Source: Trichosphaerium sp. ATCC 40318
Lineage: Eukaryota; Protista; Tubulinea
Direction of reading: 5' to 3'
DNA: 64,000 nucleotides
Assembly: GCA_038496445.1 (NCBI GenBank)
Contig: JALMLS010000183.1
Span: forward strand, 62,001 to 126,000
Below are positions 26,315-39,355 of the stretch, piece by piece (within the stretch, counting starts at the first letter, position 1; each line of letters opens with the position of its first letter). The position numbers and the translations under genes were made by a program. The notes under the pieces are model-generated. The model made no database searches. It was not told where the DNA came from and saw nothing but the letters and a program-made list of their open reading frames with translations.

Positions 26315-27320
26315 TTATAAGGATGCCGCCCATGTCACTGAGTCTAAGCAGACATAAAAATCGAATGAAGGAATCACCACGTTAAACTGTTGCCCACTAT
26401 GAGTCCAAATCCATTCAACATTAATTGGTGTAGATAGCACATCTCGTACTTCATCCCTAACAGCCCACCATTTTTCTAACTCCGTGTATCTTATTTTATA
26501 TCTCCACTGACGCCCTTTTTTTCGTGAATCAAGCATGTGTACCCATCTAAATAAATTGAATAAGAGCGAAAAAAAACAGACAGTCACAACAATAAAAAGC
26601 GAACTTTTCTTCTTCCGTACCGGGAAAGTGACCTATACGTGCTATATTCACATGTCGGTTTTTTGAACTTCCTAGACGTGAACAGAGACATTCCAAGCAT
26701 GAATTGTTCGTGATTTCTACATAAATGAACAAATGTATTTACAAAAACAGTAAATTTTATGCCCGTTTCCAGGGTTGCCCTGTTCTACCAGGGCACAACC
26801 CTGAACAAAAAACGCTGAGGGCAGATAGATAGAAAAAGTGCCGTACGTTACTAGAAATACATTTGATTCTTGTGTCGGTTTTACGCCAATTCGAAGGTGT
26901 GTAGTCAGGCAAAGAGCGAAAAGAATTGGCCTTGTATTGGTACCAAAATACCTGTTTAAAGAAGGTTCATAGCGTAGTGTGAATAGCTCTATGGGATACT
27001 ACAAATATTTAGTGAACACGTGCTTAAAGTAGTACGGAATATCTTTTGTTGTAAGCAGACTGCACCAAACAATTATGAGGCGTAAAATCCTATAAGCCGG
27101 GGAAAATGGATCAACAGTTTTTTCACCTCTTCTTAAAAGACAGAAAAGTGTGGATTATAAATGAACGTACAACACGCTTGGGTGTTTGCTCCGGTGTCTT
27201 TTTTCTTCTACTTATCGTAGATGTCGAATGCTTCATGTAACAGCTTAGGCTTGGTACATTTAACCTACTTGTAGATATAATTGTAACCATTTTTTTTGTA
27301 TGTCTGTTGATGTGCATCGC
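26315..27320 (-). CDS. Hypothetical spliced gene or remnant with an RNase H-like C-terminal segment
   Basis: INVEWIWTHSGQQFN resembles the RNase HI W(V)xGHSGxxGN motif; upstream exons could not be joined confidently. Confidence 0.3.
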
Positions 27321-28919
27321 AGCTGGTGTTTAGTTTTTTGAATGTAATTTTTAGTTCACTCTTCCATTATAATAGAAATGTTCAACGTGATTCAAGTTCC
27401 ACGGATTCAAACCGTAAATGCAGTCACGTGTAGAAATATTAAACATGTGAGAATTTAGAGTGTCTAAAGTTTGGTTTGTAAGGCACAGAATTTATAAAAC
27501 CCTTCAAGGCACACTATTAAATTTGAGATCTTCTTCTTCTTGAGTATACCTAAAATTAACGTTACGGTATTTTCTGTTATTACAAGAAGTAATGGACAAA
27601 AAAAAATCCACACAAATGAGAAGTGACGGTTTTTTGTCGTTAGCTAACCCAACTTTCTCCAATTTATAAGTTTCATTCATACTTAGACCTACAGAGGCAA
27701 ATAAATACTTATACACGGAGTAACTAATTCTCCATATCACCATACAAGCCACGTGATATGTGATTGTAAAATCGGCCAAAAAAATATCCGCGGAGATATA
27801 TAGATGATTGTCAGTTGCTATTGTTAGGTGTACTACGACAACGCCAAGCATACAAGATTTTTCCTCATACATATACTTTATCTTTGGTTTTGCCTTACCG
27901 TAATCTGTTAAATCTAAACCCTACAATAAGTTTCTAAAGTTTAACACGTTTGTGAAGTTTGTGATTGTGTGTTTCGGAAAGTTTCTTTTTGGAGCGAGTC
28001 AAACCGTATTATAAAACACCATTTTTATATAATTTCAATAAAAAGGGGTTTCTACTACAGCTATTTTCGAAAAGAAATAATTTTCAGCGTAGTTGGTATG
28101 TTTAAAACTCTAGAAAAAAAACAAAATATATTGAGAAGTAAAACTAACAACCACCATTGTTCCCTGTTGATGTATATCAACACATAGCGCTACAATAAAG
28201 TAACCCGGTTTCTTTCATCCACTCAATTATTTATCAATAGACAGTGACGATCAAACGCGTGAGTACACCTACAATAAACTTGTAAAAAAAGCAGAAGTCT
28301 AATCACAACTATTTTTACTAATAGGGAGGGGACGGGATTGAGATCCGACACGATTTTCCGTTATTCGTTTTTTCGTATATTCTGAATATTTAACGTACTA
28401 TGACGTATTGCAGCAGCTGTAATGTTTTGATGGGAGTGGTTTGTTTGTCTATCAAAGTTGTAAGAAAGTTCACTGGCACGTGTTTGATTGTTTTTGAGCT
28501 TCATGAAAAAATCTCGTAGAGCAAACTAGGTATGTTGCGCTTTATGAGGGGTGCATTGTTAGCCTTTAACCCAAAATCGATAGCCTACAATAAAAACCAA
28601 GACATTCATCTGAAACGGTTTTTAATGCGTCCACACTAAAAAGATCGAAAAAAAAAAAAGCTTGCTTTACAAATGAATTTAATACTACCGTTCACCCTAC
28701 CAAGTAAGGATCTCGTTATTTTGATCCTGAAAACGGTAAACCTAGTTTACCCGGGTTAGGGTAAACCAATTGATCCGAATAGTTTGAAAACCATTTTCGA
28801 ACTTTAGAAGGTCGTTCAACTAAAAATAAAAAAGGCAAGAAGGTTAGAATGCCAATAGAATAAAGACACGTGTCACGCGTCACAAAGATAGAATTAACTT
28901 TAAAAAAGCGTTAAAGTAT

Positions 28920-29538
28920 ATACTTAACACATTAGCTTAATGGCTTTAGTAGAACATTCATACCCTTACTGTAAAGCGTTATTGTTAAAATCTACGTTGG
29001 CGTTGTAGAATAAAAAATGAATAAAGAGATGAATACAAATAACCATAAATACTAATCTTTTACACTTACCGATTGTGACTGTAGGAAATAGCAAACCGCG
29101 GTTTTTGCCATTTTTTCCAATCAGATTAGTTCGGTGCACTAATCAATTGATCATCCACAGTGATCGATACCAGATCTGGCGTCGAAGCTGGTGGTGCTTA
29201 CTGCGACGCCATACTTGGTACTGGGAAGGTTTCTTTGGTGGAGATAACTTGCCTTGCAAGCGTAGTCTCTTTCGAAGAGCCTTCCGTTTTGCGAAAATAT
29301 TAGGATTCTTTTTGCGAATCTTGGGCGCTGAGCCCTCATCAAAGGATTCTAATATTCGCACTAACTGGTCTAGTAGCTCATTTGTTACTCTATCTCTGAG
29401 TTTATCAAGCTCAGATAAGCTGTTGCCAAGTGCCTGAAGTAGGCGGTAGACAAGAGCAAATATCAACTGTAGGCTAAAGATAAATAGCGTAACAAATAGC
29501 TGAAACGAAAATTCTGGAACAATGCCAAACAAATACAT
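28920..29538 (-). CDS. Hypothetical basic protein with an HMG-box/YABBY-like motif; boundaries uncertain
   Basis: PPKKPSQYQVWRRSKHHQLRRQ resembles the HMG helix-1 pattern PKRPxSAY. Confidence 0.35.
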
Positions 29539-30920
29539 AATACGCTTTGCGTTTGATTATGTTTTTTAATATTAATTTTCGTCAATAAACAAGTTCAAAA
29601 GGCAGTTTCCATGGAAATAACTTGTGGATAATTATGGATAATGCACATTTCAAAACGCTCATACACCCCCTGTGCGTGTTCCCTAAGTGCATGAGAACCG
29701 TTTGGGCAATGTTTTGGTTCTCGAAATGAGCTACTAAACGAGTACTTCTATTTTTACCTTTCTTTTTATTTCAATTCATTTTTAGTTGCTCCACTGCATT
29801 ACATGGTGTTAATGAAACGTTTGATACTTCCGTTCTACCATGTACAAAGGAAATTGAGTAGAAAATCAGTGAAAACAGTTGCAAAATAGAGCACGACGCT
29901 ACAAACTCGTGAAACGAGAGGGTTTTTATCCCGTTTTTAGATTAAACAGATGTCGTTTCACATAGCGCCTCTTGAGAAAGTGCAACTACTTGCATCAACT
30001 TTCCATTACATATAATAAATTCCAGCTGTGAATAATTCCCGAGGCCGCACGTACTTGCCGTTGTGTCATCTCACAGACAACGTGACTTTACAAATAATTG
30101 GTTCTGAAGCTAAAAATGTCAAATTCCACCACAGAATACTAAAACTCGACGAAAGGTCGGATATGAGTTTCTGCGCGTATTGGATGATAGGCTGGTGTTT
30201 TTATCGCAATCGTGTAGCATTTATTACATTTTGTCTAAAAACTTCCTAACTAACGTGAGACGCATTTAAATCCTATCAATAAGCGGATGTGATGCGTTTA
30301 AAGGCGTTGAGAGGGATTATTGCCACTCATTTCCCGTACTGCCTGAAAAGCGTCGGTGGCTATTATAAACAAGGTCAGGAATAAAACTGGTCTACAGCAA
30401 TCGATTTAGGAGACGTTGAGGAAAAGTCTTGACTCAATTCAACAACTTTCGTTAGGTTAATAGCAAGACTACTGAAATTGTATATCTAGTATTTAAAGAG
30501 AATCTAAAGCGTATTCTGTCTATTAAATGAAAAACCATCAGAACAAGGCTAAAATAACAAGACAAGCTTATGAGGTAGCTCTATATGCGTAAAAAAAAAA
30601 GATTGTACGGTTTAAACCATTTAAAAAATGTCAGCAGATTTGTCAGAATCAAAACGCACTCGTTTCTGTTTCTCCCGCTATAAACACCATAATTTAAGAC
30701 TAGCGCTTTCATTCGAAACCGCTGATTTAAACAATACCGATAAAACCGCCTTCCGGACTCTTTCAACTATAACAACGCAAAAGAGGGTGTGATACGAGCG
30801 TTAAGAGAGCATTTGAAGCAGACTTTCCTTAAAAGACCATCCGGCTATCGCGTGGACCAAAAAACGTGGGAATTCTCCTCCTATAATTCTCCCCGCATTG
30901 TGTTTACCATTCCCAACAAC

Positions 30921-32794
30921 ATGAACACTACTCTGAACAATACTTTACTGATTGATGAAGATGGTGGGTTCCCCGACAAGTTATTCAGCCCAGAGTTGGC
31001 GTATACATCTATTCTAGTATTCATAGGCTCAAGTCTTTGCGCAGGAGCTGGTACGTAACACTGTTTTTGTAGTTGTTAACCTGTAACTTACTGTTAAAAT
31101 AGGAGTTGGTGGCGGGTCGATTTATCTACCTCTATACCTTGTAGTACTTGGTTTAAATGCAAAATCGGCACCGGCGCTATCGCAGGTACGCAATAAACGT
31201 CGGTTCTTTTTCTCTTTTTTTACAAAAAAAAGTGTTCCTTTTGTTACGTCTTCTGAGTCTTGTTTAGGCTACTATCTTCGGTGTTGCGCTTGGAAGTTTC
31301 ATGATAAATGTGTGGAGACGTCATCCAAACCAGAAACGTCCATTGATCAACTATAATCTTGTTCTACTGCTTGAACCAATGATACTTGCAGGTAACTTTT
31401 TTTGTCCCTATTTTTCATACGTCACGTGACATTTTTTTTCAAAGGCACAGTTATTGGAGTTTTCCTTAATACATCATTTCCTAACATTGTGACTATTGTG
31501 ACGCTACTTCTTGTACTTCTATTCGCTTGTTACAAGACCTTCCGAAAAGTACGGTGACATAAGTTCAAAAAAACTGGGTTTAACAGATCACAGGCCTTCA
31601 GAGTCCGAAAGGAAGAACATAAGATTGCCAAGGCTGCTAAAAAAGTTGCCGAAAAAGAAAAAGAGTTGGAGGAAAATTATACAAAAGATTCTCCGGACGC
31701 TATCTCTAGTGCTGGGATTGGGTCTATCGTAACAATCGATATTGAACAACCTTCAACCAAAAATGAAGATCTGATTAAATGTCTTAAAAACGAGGCTAGA
31801 CTCTTTCCTTGGGAAAAGTATATTGTCCTAGGCGTAATGGTATTAGGACTCTTTGTTTTACGTACACTTGCTGGAGGTAAATCAGGCACGTGGTTTTATT
31901 TTAAGCTGTGGTTTCTGACTTTAGATTTTTTTAAATAGAATCTGCAATTGGTATAAAATGCAATTCTCCTTTGTTTTGGACGCTTCTTCTTGGACTTTTC
32001 GTGTACCTTTCATGCGTTAGTGCAGGTGTTGGCGTATGGCTTAACAAGAACTACGCCGCTAAAAAAAAGATGAACTTTCCCTTCGTTGTACGCTGTTCGA
32101 AAAAGAATTCTTTTGCGCTTTTTGTTTGAAGAACTGTTTTCTGAGGTCGATCTCTTATCAGTTTACTAATAGAAAGGTGATATTAAATGGGCCTATAAAA
32201 AGGTGATAATTTTAGCACTTTTAGCGACAACAGGCGGTATAGTTGCTGGGTTTGTTGGTAAGTCAAATAATTTGGGTGTTTTCTTGTTTTTTTCTACTTT
32301 TTTTGGTAGCGCTTCTAATATGTTTAGGTATTGGTGGTGGTATGATCCAAGCACCGCTTATGCTTGAACTAGGTATATTACCTCAAGTCGTATCAGCAAC
32401 ATCAGTGTTCATGGTGGTACGTCACAAGAAACAAAGATAAAGAAAAAAAAGTGTCTTACTATGATTTAGCTGTTTACGTCTTCAGCTACTATTCTTCAAT
32501 TTGTCATACTTGGAAAGTTGCCATTAGACTTTGGAGCTTGGTACATGTGCGTAGGTATGTGTGGCGCGATTATTGGTCACCTGACATTGGGACATTTTGT
32601 GAAAAAATACAAAAAGCAATCTATTGTTGGTACGTTTAGTTTTGTTTTTTTTTGTTGAAATTTGCTATGCTTCTAACAGTTTTGGTTTTAGTTTTCTTAT
32701 TGGGCGCTATTATTATACTTGGTGTATGTGGTTTGATTTATGTGACTACACAAAAGGCGATTGACAAGGAGATCAACTTTAAATTTTCAAGTGT
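30921..32794 (+). CDS. TauE/SafE (TSUP) family sulfite/anion exporter-like membrane protein
   Basis: LCAGAGVGGGSIYLPL..ALSQATIFG..RHP..RPLINYNLVLLLEPMILAGTVIGV; second repeat VAGFVGIGGGMIQAPLMLELGILPQVVSATS. Confidence 0.9.
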
Positions 32795-33939
32795 ATGCGA
32801 CTGACAAACAAAAGAAACTGCAAAAAAAAAAACCTTCCACTTTGTAAATAAAGATACAAACTGTACTTCTATCTACTCTCAACTTCTTCGCGTACATACC
32901 TTCAAGAATACAAAGGGAGCTAGGTCTTATTAAAGGGGCTACAGTCAAAACGTTACAGGTCATCCAAAGGGTTACTAACATATCTACGGCAAACGCAATG
33001 TACAATTCTCAAACTGTAGAATAAAACGTTTCACTTTGGTATTTGTTTAAAAACACAAGGGAAAATGTAGTATTGATTAGCGAGCATGGTGTTTGCGCAA
33101 ATGGATAGTAGATCTCTATTTCAAAATTTTGTACTTCAAGACCTTGGCTACAACTCACAACGCTTTCTTGCAGGTTTTGGCTTGCGATAAATTTTATCTA
33201 CCTACAGCATAATGAAAAGTGTACTAACAAGAGCTGCGGATTCTACACATGAATTTACTATATAATGGGTCATCTGAACAGATGCAAACAATTTTAATAA
33301 AGGCCATAGAGCAATAGAGCTTATTACTTGTCAGTTGAAAATACTTGCAAGCAGTTAGTGAAAAAAAATCACGTGATTTTGTGCGTTCCAATTGGCTTGG
33401 CTTGTCATTGATGCCCACTTCTTTTTTTCAACAGTCACCTGCCATTCAGAGCTATGACAACCCACAGGCGTAATTCACAAGTAACTTCAGCTAAAAGATA
33501 TTCGCGAACTTGGTTTTTTTTTTTTGTTGCTAACAATGAGCATGTTCCAGGACTAAGATATACAAAGCAGCTGCTTCAAGTATGATTGCTAATCACAGCA
33601 TTTTTTGAACTTGGGGTTTTGATTGAAACAAAGTTGTTTCGCGAATTTAAAATCACATGTTGGGTAATCCGTTAGCTAAGTAAATCACGGGAAAATTTTA
33701 TAGTCCTTTTTTGAACAAAAGACACGTGGGTAACGCCACCCAAAAAATACATCCTCAAATAGTTAGCTTTCTACCGACTTGAGCGTAGGTAGATTTATCC
33801 GTTCACCTGAAATTTCACGTGAAAAATTTTATTTGCACCAGTTCACCACCAGTTCACCGGGCAAACAATTCATCAAGCAAGTATTAATCTCAATCATTGC
33901 AAGCATCACAACACTAGAACAACAACAACTAAAAACCAA

Positions 33940-34838
33940 ATGTCTAAGGCATCGAAACCAACAAAGGAAGCAAATCTAGACGATTGGAAAAAAGCTCAGG
34001 CAAAAATTTTGGAAGCTATGCCAGACGAACCTACGGAAGATAAGAGGCATCCTGCTGAATTCACCCTTCCGTTGGACGATGACAATATTAGACAATTATT
34101 GGTGGCATGTTCACAAGACGTTTACCACTTCGAAGAGTTGGGCAAGTTTAAGGATCATTTGAAGAGACTAGAACAACAGAAGCAGGATAAAAAAAGTGGC
34201 AACCTTATTCAATACGGATTATACCAGGTCCTAAAGGGCAAGTACAAGAACAAGAAGATACTTGCTCTCAGAGGAACGAAGACGCTACTTGGTGAGTTTT
34301 TTTCTGATTTTTTGGCTAAATAAGATATACTCAAGTACTTTGTAGATGTTTTACAAGATTTTTCTCTGGTGGTCTCGGGAACTACAATCAGAAAGGCTAA
34401 ACAAAACGCAATAGATGTAGCTACGGAATTGAAACCTGACTTTATTACAGGTACACAAAAACAAAAAAAAACAAAACAAAAAAAAAAACTTAACTCTTTG
34501 GTTTTCCTTAAGGTCACTCACTTGGCGGAGCACTTGCTGAAATGGCAGCTTCTGAAATACCACTCCCTGGCGCTTCATTTAATTCACCAGGAGTATATTC
34601 TTGGAAACCCAAGTTTAATCTGTGCGGTGAAAGCAAAAAGTATGCTGACATACAATATGAAGTACATTTGACAAAAGGTGACCTTTTTTCGATGATTGGT
34701 GCCTGCCGTTATCCTAAAAATGGGCACATTGCAGAGCCAAAATGGGCCAAAGCTGTTGCGATACCTAATGGAACTAAGGAAGAACAAAAGAAGCATGCTG
34801 TCAAGGCCTGTGTTGCTAGAATTGGAGCACTCAAGTAA
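33940..34838 (+). CDS. Class 3 lipase-like alpha/beta hydrolase
   Basis: ILALRGT..DVLQD..FIT|GHSLGGALAE..SFNSPG..D..H across 3 exons. Confidence 0.85.
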
Positions 34839-35213
34839 GCATTGCAATGCTCTTGGTATTAGAATAGATAAGAAAACGAGAAGAAATTATTTGTCAACAA
34901 AATAAACAAAATAATTTTTTTTCTTTATTGTCCTAAAAGCTTATATTACCGATTGTTCGATTCTTCTGTTCTTTGTCTTATGCAACTTGAAGAACCATGA
35001 AAACACTCAGCACGTCATCGAATCGCATCTTTTGATATACAACAAGCTGTAGCTTTGACTACAAACAAAGCAAAATCTGCAGCGCAGAACAAGCTGTAAG
35101 AGACTTATTACCCTATTAGCTCGTTTGTTTATACTGGTAGACAACTATGCGATACGCTAAAACAATACTAGTTCCTCAAGAACGTAGTATGAATCGATTC
35201 TCTCCAAGTAAAG

Positions 35214-35615
35214 TAAATCTTATCTTATTCCGTCTTTGTGAAATTTCGTTGCTTTTCAATACCACAAGTAAATTCTTTGCTCTATGTCGTCACTTAAATA
35301 CACTACTTCTTACAATTATCAGTAGAGATGCATAGTAGATGTGCCCCAACTTCCCAGCGTGGCATACCTGAGTTTATACTTCGACAGGAAACTAATTACC
35401 TCGGGATGCCAATTGCAATTGTAATAATACTTCGTAAACCTTGCAAAAGCATACAATCGCATTCATGCGTTGGGAAAAATCATACTTCGTTGCACACCTG
35501 CAATGAAGAGGCAGAGGCTTCTTCGTAACATAGGCGCTCTATCTGGTGCTACAGCTCCAGTAGAGCCCAATACACTATGGGGCACGCTACGCTACCACCT
35601 CTTTTTGTTAATTTT
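35214..35615 (+). mobile_element. 400-bp structured interspersed element, copy 2 (possible ncRNA core at 35324-35606)
   Basis: Inverted near-identical copy of 12701-13100; nested stems; T-run at the 3' end. Confidence 0.72.
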
Positions 35616-35804
35616 CTACAAATCCGAAAAATGCTACACATTTTGAAGCGACATTCATCTTCGTTTTTATGTCCTCAGCATCTTATGATGCACAGATGCC
35701 GCTTGTGGTAAGTTAGATACTTTCAACTCCTAAATTACTGCAAACTTTCAACAAAAGTCAAGAGTGGTTCTCTGAGAGATCAGAATCCTTACCATCTACA
35801 CGAG

Positions 35805-36868
35805 ATGTCAATTAACGTGATACTGAAGCTTATTGGAAGTATTGAAGTCGATGGCGGGAGAAAAGAGTTCTTACCAACACTCAAACAACATCAAGTCGAA
35901 AAGTTGCTAAACAGCATCAATGCTTCTCTATACTTGTTCTGGCTTCCTGCCCAAGGTGCTGATCATTTTATACTATCAATCTCCCATAGAGGGTCTGTAA
36001 TAGATCACAAGCAGATACCAATAACAGAGATTAACAAGAGAGACAATATGCGGTCAAGAATCGGCACTGCACGTGAGTATCGGTTCGAATTTCATAAACG
36101 AGTCTTTGATACCTCACAGCGGTTTTATGCTATAAGTGTAAACAACAAGCCTCCCTCAATGAAACGTAAACACAACGGAAGTGGATGGACTGTCGAAGAA
36201 AACGTAATGCACCTTAAATGGAACCAGGCAAGGCTTGTATTCTTGTCTCACCTGAAGGGTGGTATTTTCAGTTGGCTGCCAATGGAGATTATCGTCATGA
36301 TATTTGAATGTATTGTGATATGCCATGTAGCTGCGCTTGGTACCCATAACATTGATATGCTCATTGCCTCAATGCTAGCCCAACGCTTAGAGATGAATTC
36401 GATCACGTGTTTGTACCTGAAAAAAGTCCACTTTTATCGAGGCGTCTTTGAAACGCTTATGGAAGGTCTAGAGAAGAATAGCTCGCTTGAACAATTTAGT
36501 CCAACGATGTCTTCACGCAAGTCACCATGGTAAGCTTACTACCATTAAGGAACCATTCTAATAGTGTTTTTAGGCGTGTTCAGAAAAGTGTGCTTCCAGC
36601 TTTACAGCATATTGACAGCCTAACAGCGCTACAACTTGAATACTCAGAGGAACTAATTACTCTCCTTGCCAATCCAAAGATCGTTTTCCCGAATTTGCGT
36701 ATCCTCATCTTGAACTACAGTACTGTTCCTGATGAATATCTTGACCTTGTAAAGGATATTTGCAGGCTTAGAGAAGGCATATTGGTTCGGTTTATGACGG
36801 GATACAGTACAGGAGCTGTGTACAAATTTTTGGTATCCAAAAATTTAATGTCGGATCGTTTTGCATAA
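35805..36868 (+). CDS. Degenerate SH2-like + internal F-box-like + LRR (RNI-like) protein, 2 exons
   Basis: FLPTLKQHQVEKLL..YLFW..HFILSISHRG..DHKQI (SH2-like); FSWLPMEIIVMIF (F-box-like); SITCLYL, SSLEQF, SLTALQL, PNLRILIL; a GT-AG intron near 36530-36573 joins the two ORFs. Confidence 0.65.
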
Positions 36869-37431
36869 ACCACGTGTAAGCTTAATCTTTTGCATCGGTA
36901 TTTTAGTTAATAAATGTAGTAAATTACAGCGCTTCTCTTCTTAATACGTAGTACAGGCTAATCATCCTGTTTAACGTGCGAAAAAAATGAGGAAGAGTTT
37001 GTTTTCATGACTTGCACGAATATTCGCTTAGTCCGCCAAGTACAGCCAACTCTTTTGCCGTAGCCTTTGTTCTTCACAACTTTGTTGTTTTGCAGGTTTT
37101 TTATTACGTTCGAATAATACAAGGATTCAAAGTATCTGAGAACCCATCACACATTCATGTTTTTAGGTTAGAAAAACTAAGTTGTTAATGAACCAAGGAA
37201 CGTATCTCATGCTACTTTCACTATAGGACAATGCGTTTATAAAGCAACTGTTTGTACATACATTAGTAGTACACAAGATAGAAAGCTTTTTGAAGGAGAA
37301 AACAGTTTGTCATAAAAAAAGGTCACGTGATTTCTACTAATCGGGAGCCTGTGAAAAGTAGCTTAGCGGAAAATGAAAATAGCGCAATTTTGGCGCACAA
37401 AACAAGCAAGTCTTCGCAGAAAAAGTAAAAA

Positions 37432-39239
37432 ATGACCGATTATGACACAACACACCTTATATTCTCTCGAATAAAGTCTTTACTAGTACTATGCAGAGCT
37501 GGTAACCTCAATAAAGCTTTATTTTTTGTAATTTAATTTAAAAATAGCTTGTGTGTGTAAAGAATGGAGTGTGGTAGCGTCAGATGACATTTTTTGGCAA
37601 ACTATATTAAAAACCACAAGTTCGTCGTTTAATGAACGTTTTGGTATTACCGCTCGTGTCAGTACATCTATACAAGTACTATTACCTCATTATAGCTTAG
37701 AATTTTTGCAAATTGGAGTATACGCCTATATACTTCGCAAACGACTTTAATTCTCGCTTTCGGAGCCATGACGTCACACGCCAAGTTGAAAAAACAGGAT
37801 ATCACAGAACACCGTTACATGTATTGGGTAGCAAGTCCCTACAGATATCATCAAGAGTGTTAGGTGCTATAAACACTATTTTTTACTGTTTTTAACCGTT
37901 TCTGTAAGCCAATCAACGCGTTTTAAACTGCTACTTCGCTGTCCATACTGCACTTATCAGTGACGCTTGTACAGTCCTTGGAGCGCTATTAACAGATAAT
38001 GCAGCAAAGCCTAAAGGTACGGATCTACGCTTTTTGGGTCGTTTAATAATTAAAACACTAACAGAAGGCGCCTCGAAGCTGCCGTCAGTGTATAAGAAAC
38101 GGATTCTTGAGTTAAAAGACGTTGGTTATGATTTCAAAAAACCAATGTTCCGTTGTGATCCTACATCTACGCCTTTAGCGTGGTGTTTGAAGAATGAGAA
38201 GTATATGTGGTTCAGATTCCTTATTAAAAAGTGTGACCTTGATCCTCTTCAAGCTCGATTGGATTTATTCTGTAGTTCACCTACGGCATCTAATGATGGT
38301 GTGAAGATAAGAAATTTCATTGTTAGGTGTCTTAACGAGCGAGGTTGCAAGAACGAACTTGAAAATATTTTTTTAAGCGCATCCAAATTTGGGAATTTAG
38401 ATCTGTTGAAGTACATCAAGGAACGTCTTGATATACATGTTGATATACTCACGAACGCGGCCTTGATGATGGTACAACAGGTTGTTACATTATTGGATGG
38501 AAGACCATTCTATTTAGAGGATTATTGCTACTTTAGTCAAAATTCTATTTCTACTTTAAAATACCTTTTCAAAAACGGGGCAAGTTTTAATAAACTTGAT
38601 AAATATGGTTTATCTGCAAGATCATGGGTTAATATTATATCTTCCTCTATTAAGCCTATATCAGATAATATTAAAACAATTGTACGTATATATATTGAAA
38701 CGAATAGTTCAACGTTAGATTATACTGATTTAATTGGATTTTAGAGTCAGTTTGTTCTTTCAAATAGTAAAGATATTCCAGGTTCAAGTGTCATGTGTCA
38801 AATGTGTCATGAAATTCATCCTCCTGGGAAACATGAGTGTGTTACTTATTATACACTTGAAGATACAGATAATGAAACAAGGGCTTTTAGAGCAAAGTAT
38901 TATGAATTTCGTTTGTGGCCGGATAAAACTTTTGGATTTGAAGAAAATACTTATGTTGAGACATCCCGACATAGTTTTAGGAGTTTATCTCCTTATTCAG
39001 GTACTTACAAATTGGAACGTAATATTGGGGATGAGCCTTGTAGTATTGTGTTCGATTTTGATGATAAAAAAGGGTGTTGGGTTTCAGACACGTTCTTTAA
39101 AACTGGTAAACCGCACACCGTTTCTAGCACGAGTATTGTTTTATTGCCTGAAACGCACGTGTTTTCGCGTTTAGAAGATGTATCAGAGGTTAAATCTGCG
39201 AGGCCAGGCTACTACACTCATCCAATCGGAAGATTTTGA
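37432..39239 (+). CDS. F-box + ankyrin-repeat protein with a C-terminal CxxC-containing domain
   Basis: LIFSRI..LCRA|ACVCKEWSVVASDDIFW; TPLAWC, ASKFGNLDLLKYI, LFKNGASFNKLDKYGLSA; an intron ending at 38744 joins ORF 38793-39239 in frame. Confidence 0.78.
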
Positions 39240-39355
39240 GAATAGACAATAAACTGTCAGCACACCAGACTAAAGAGTAGATATTTATTTGAGCTGCCAT
39301 AAAAAATAAAATGTTTGACATTTTTTTTGCTCTTCATTTTCTTAACAATGTCAAT

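Noticed and set aside
30420-30474. RNase P-like P4 halves (GGAAAAGTCTTG / CAAGACTACT)
   Set aside because: Only ~30 nt apart, far too close to hold an RNase P RNA; treated as a simple hairpin
36527-36573. Programmed frameshift between overlapping ORFs
   Set aside because: Explained by a canonical GTAAGC...TTTTAG intron
38742-38793. Stop-codon readthrough between in-frame ORFs 38034-38744 and 38793-39239
   Set aside because: The TAG is the acceptor of a GTACGT...TTTTAG intron that joins the ORFs in phase
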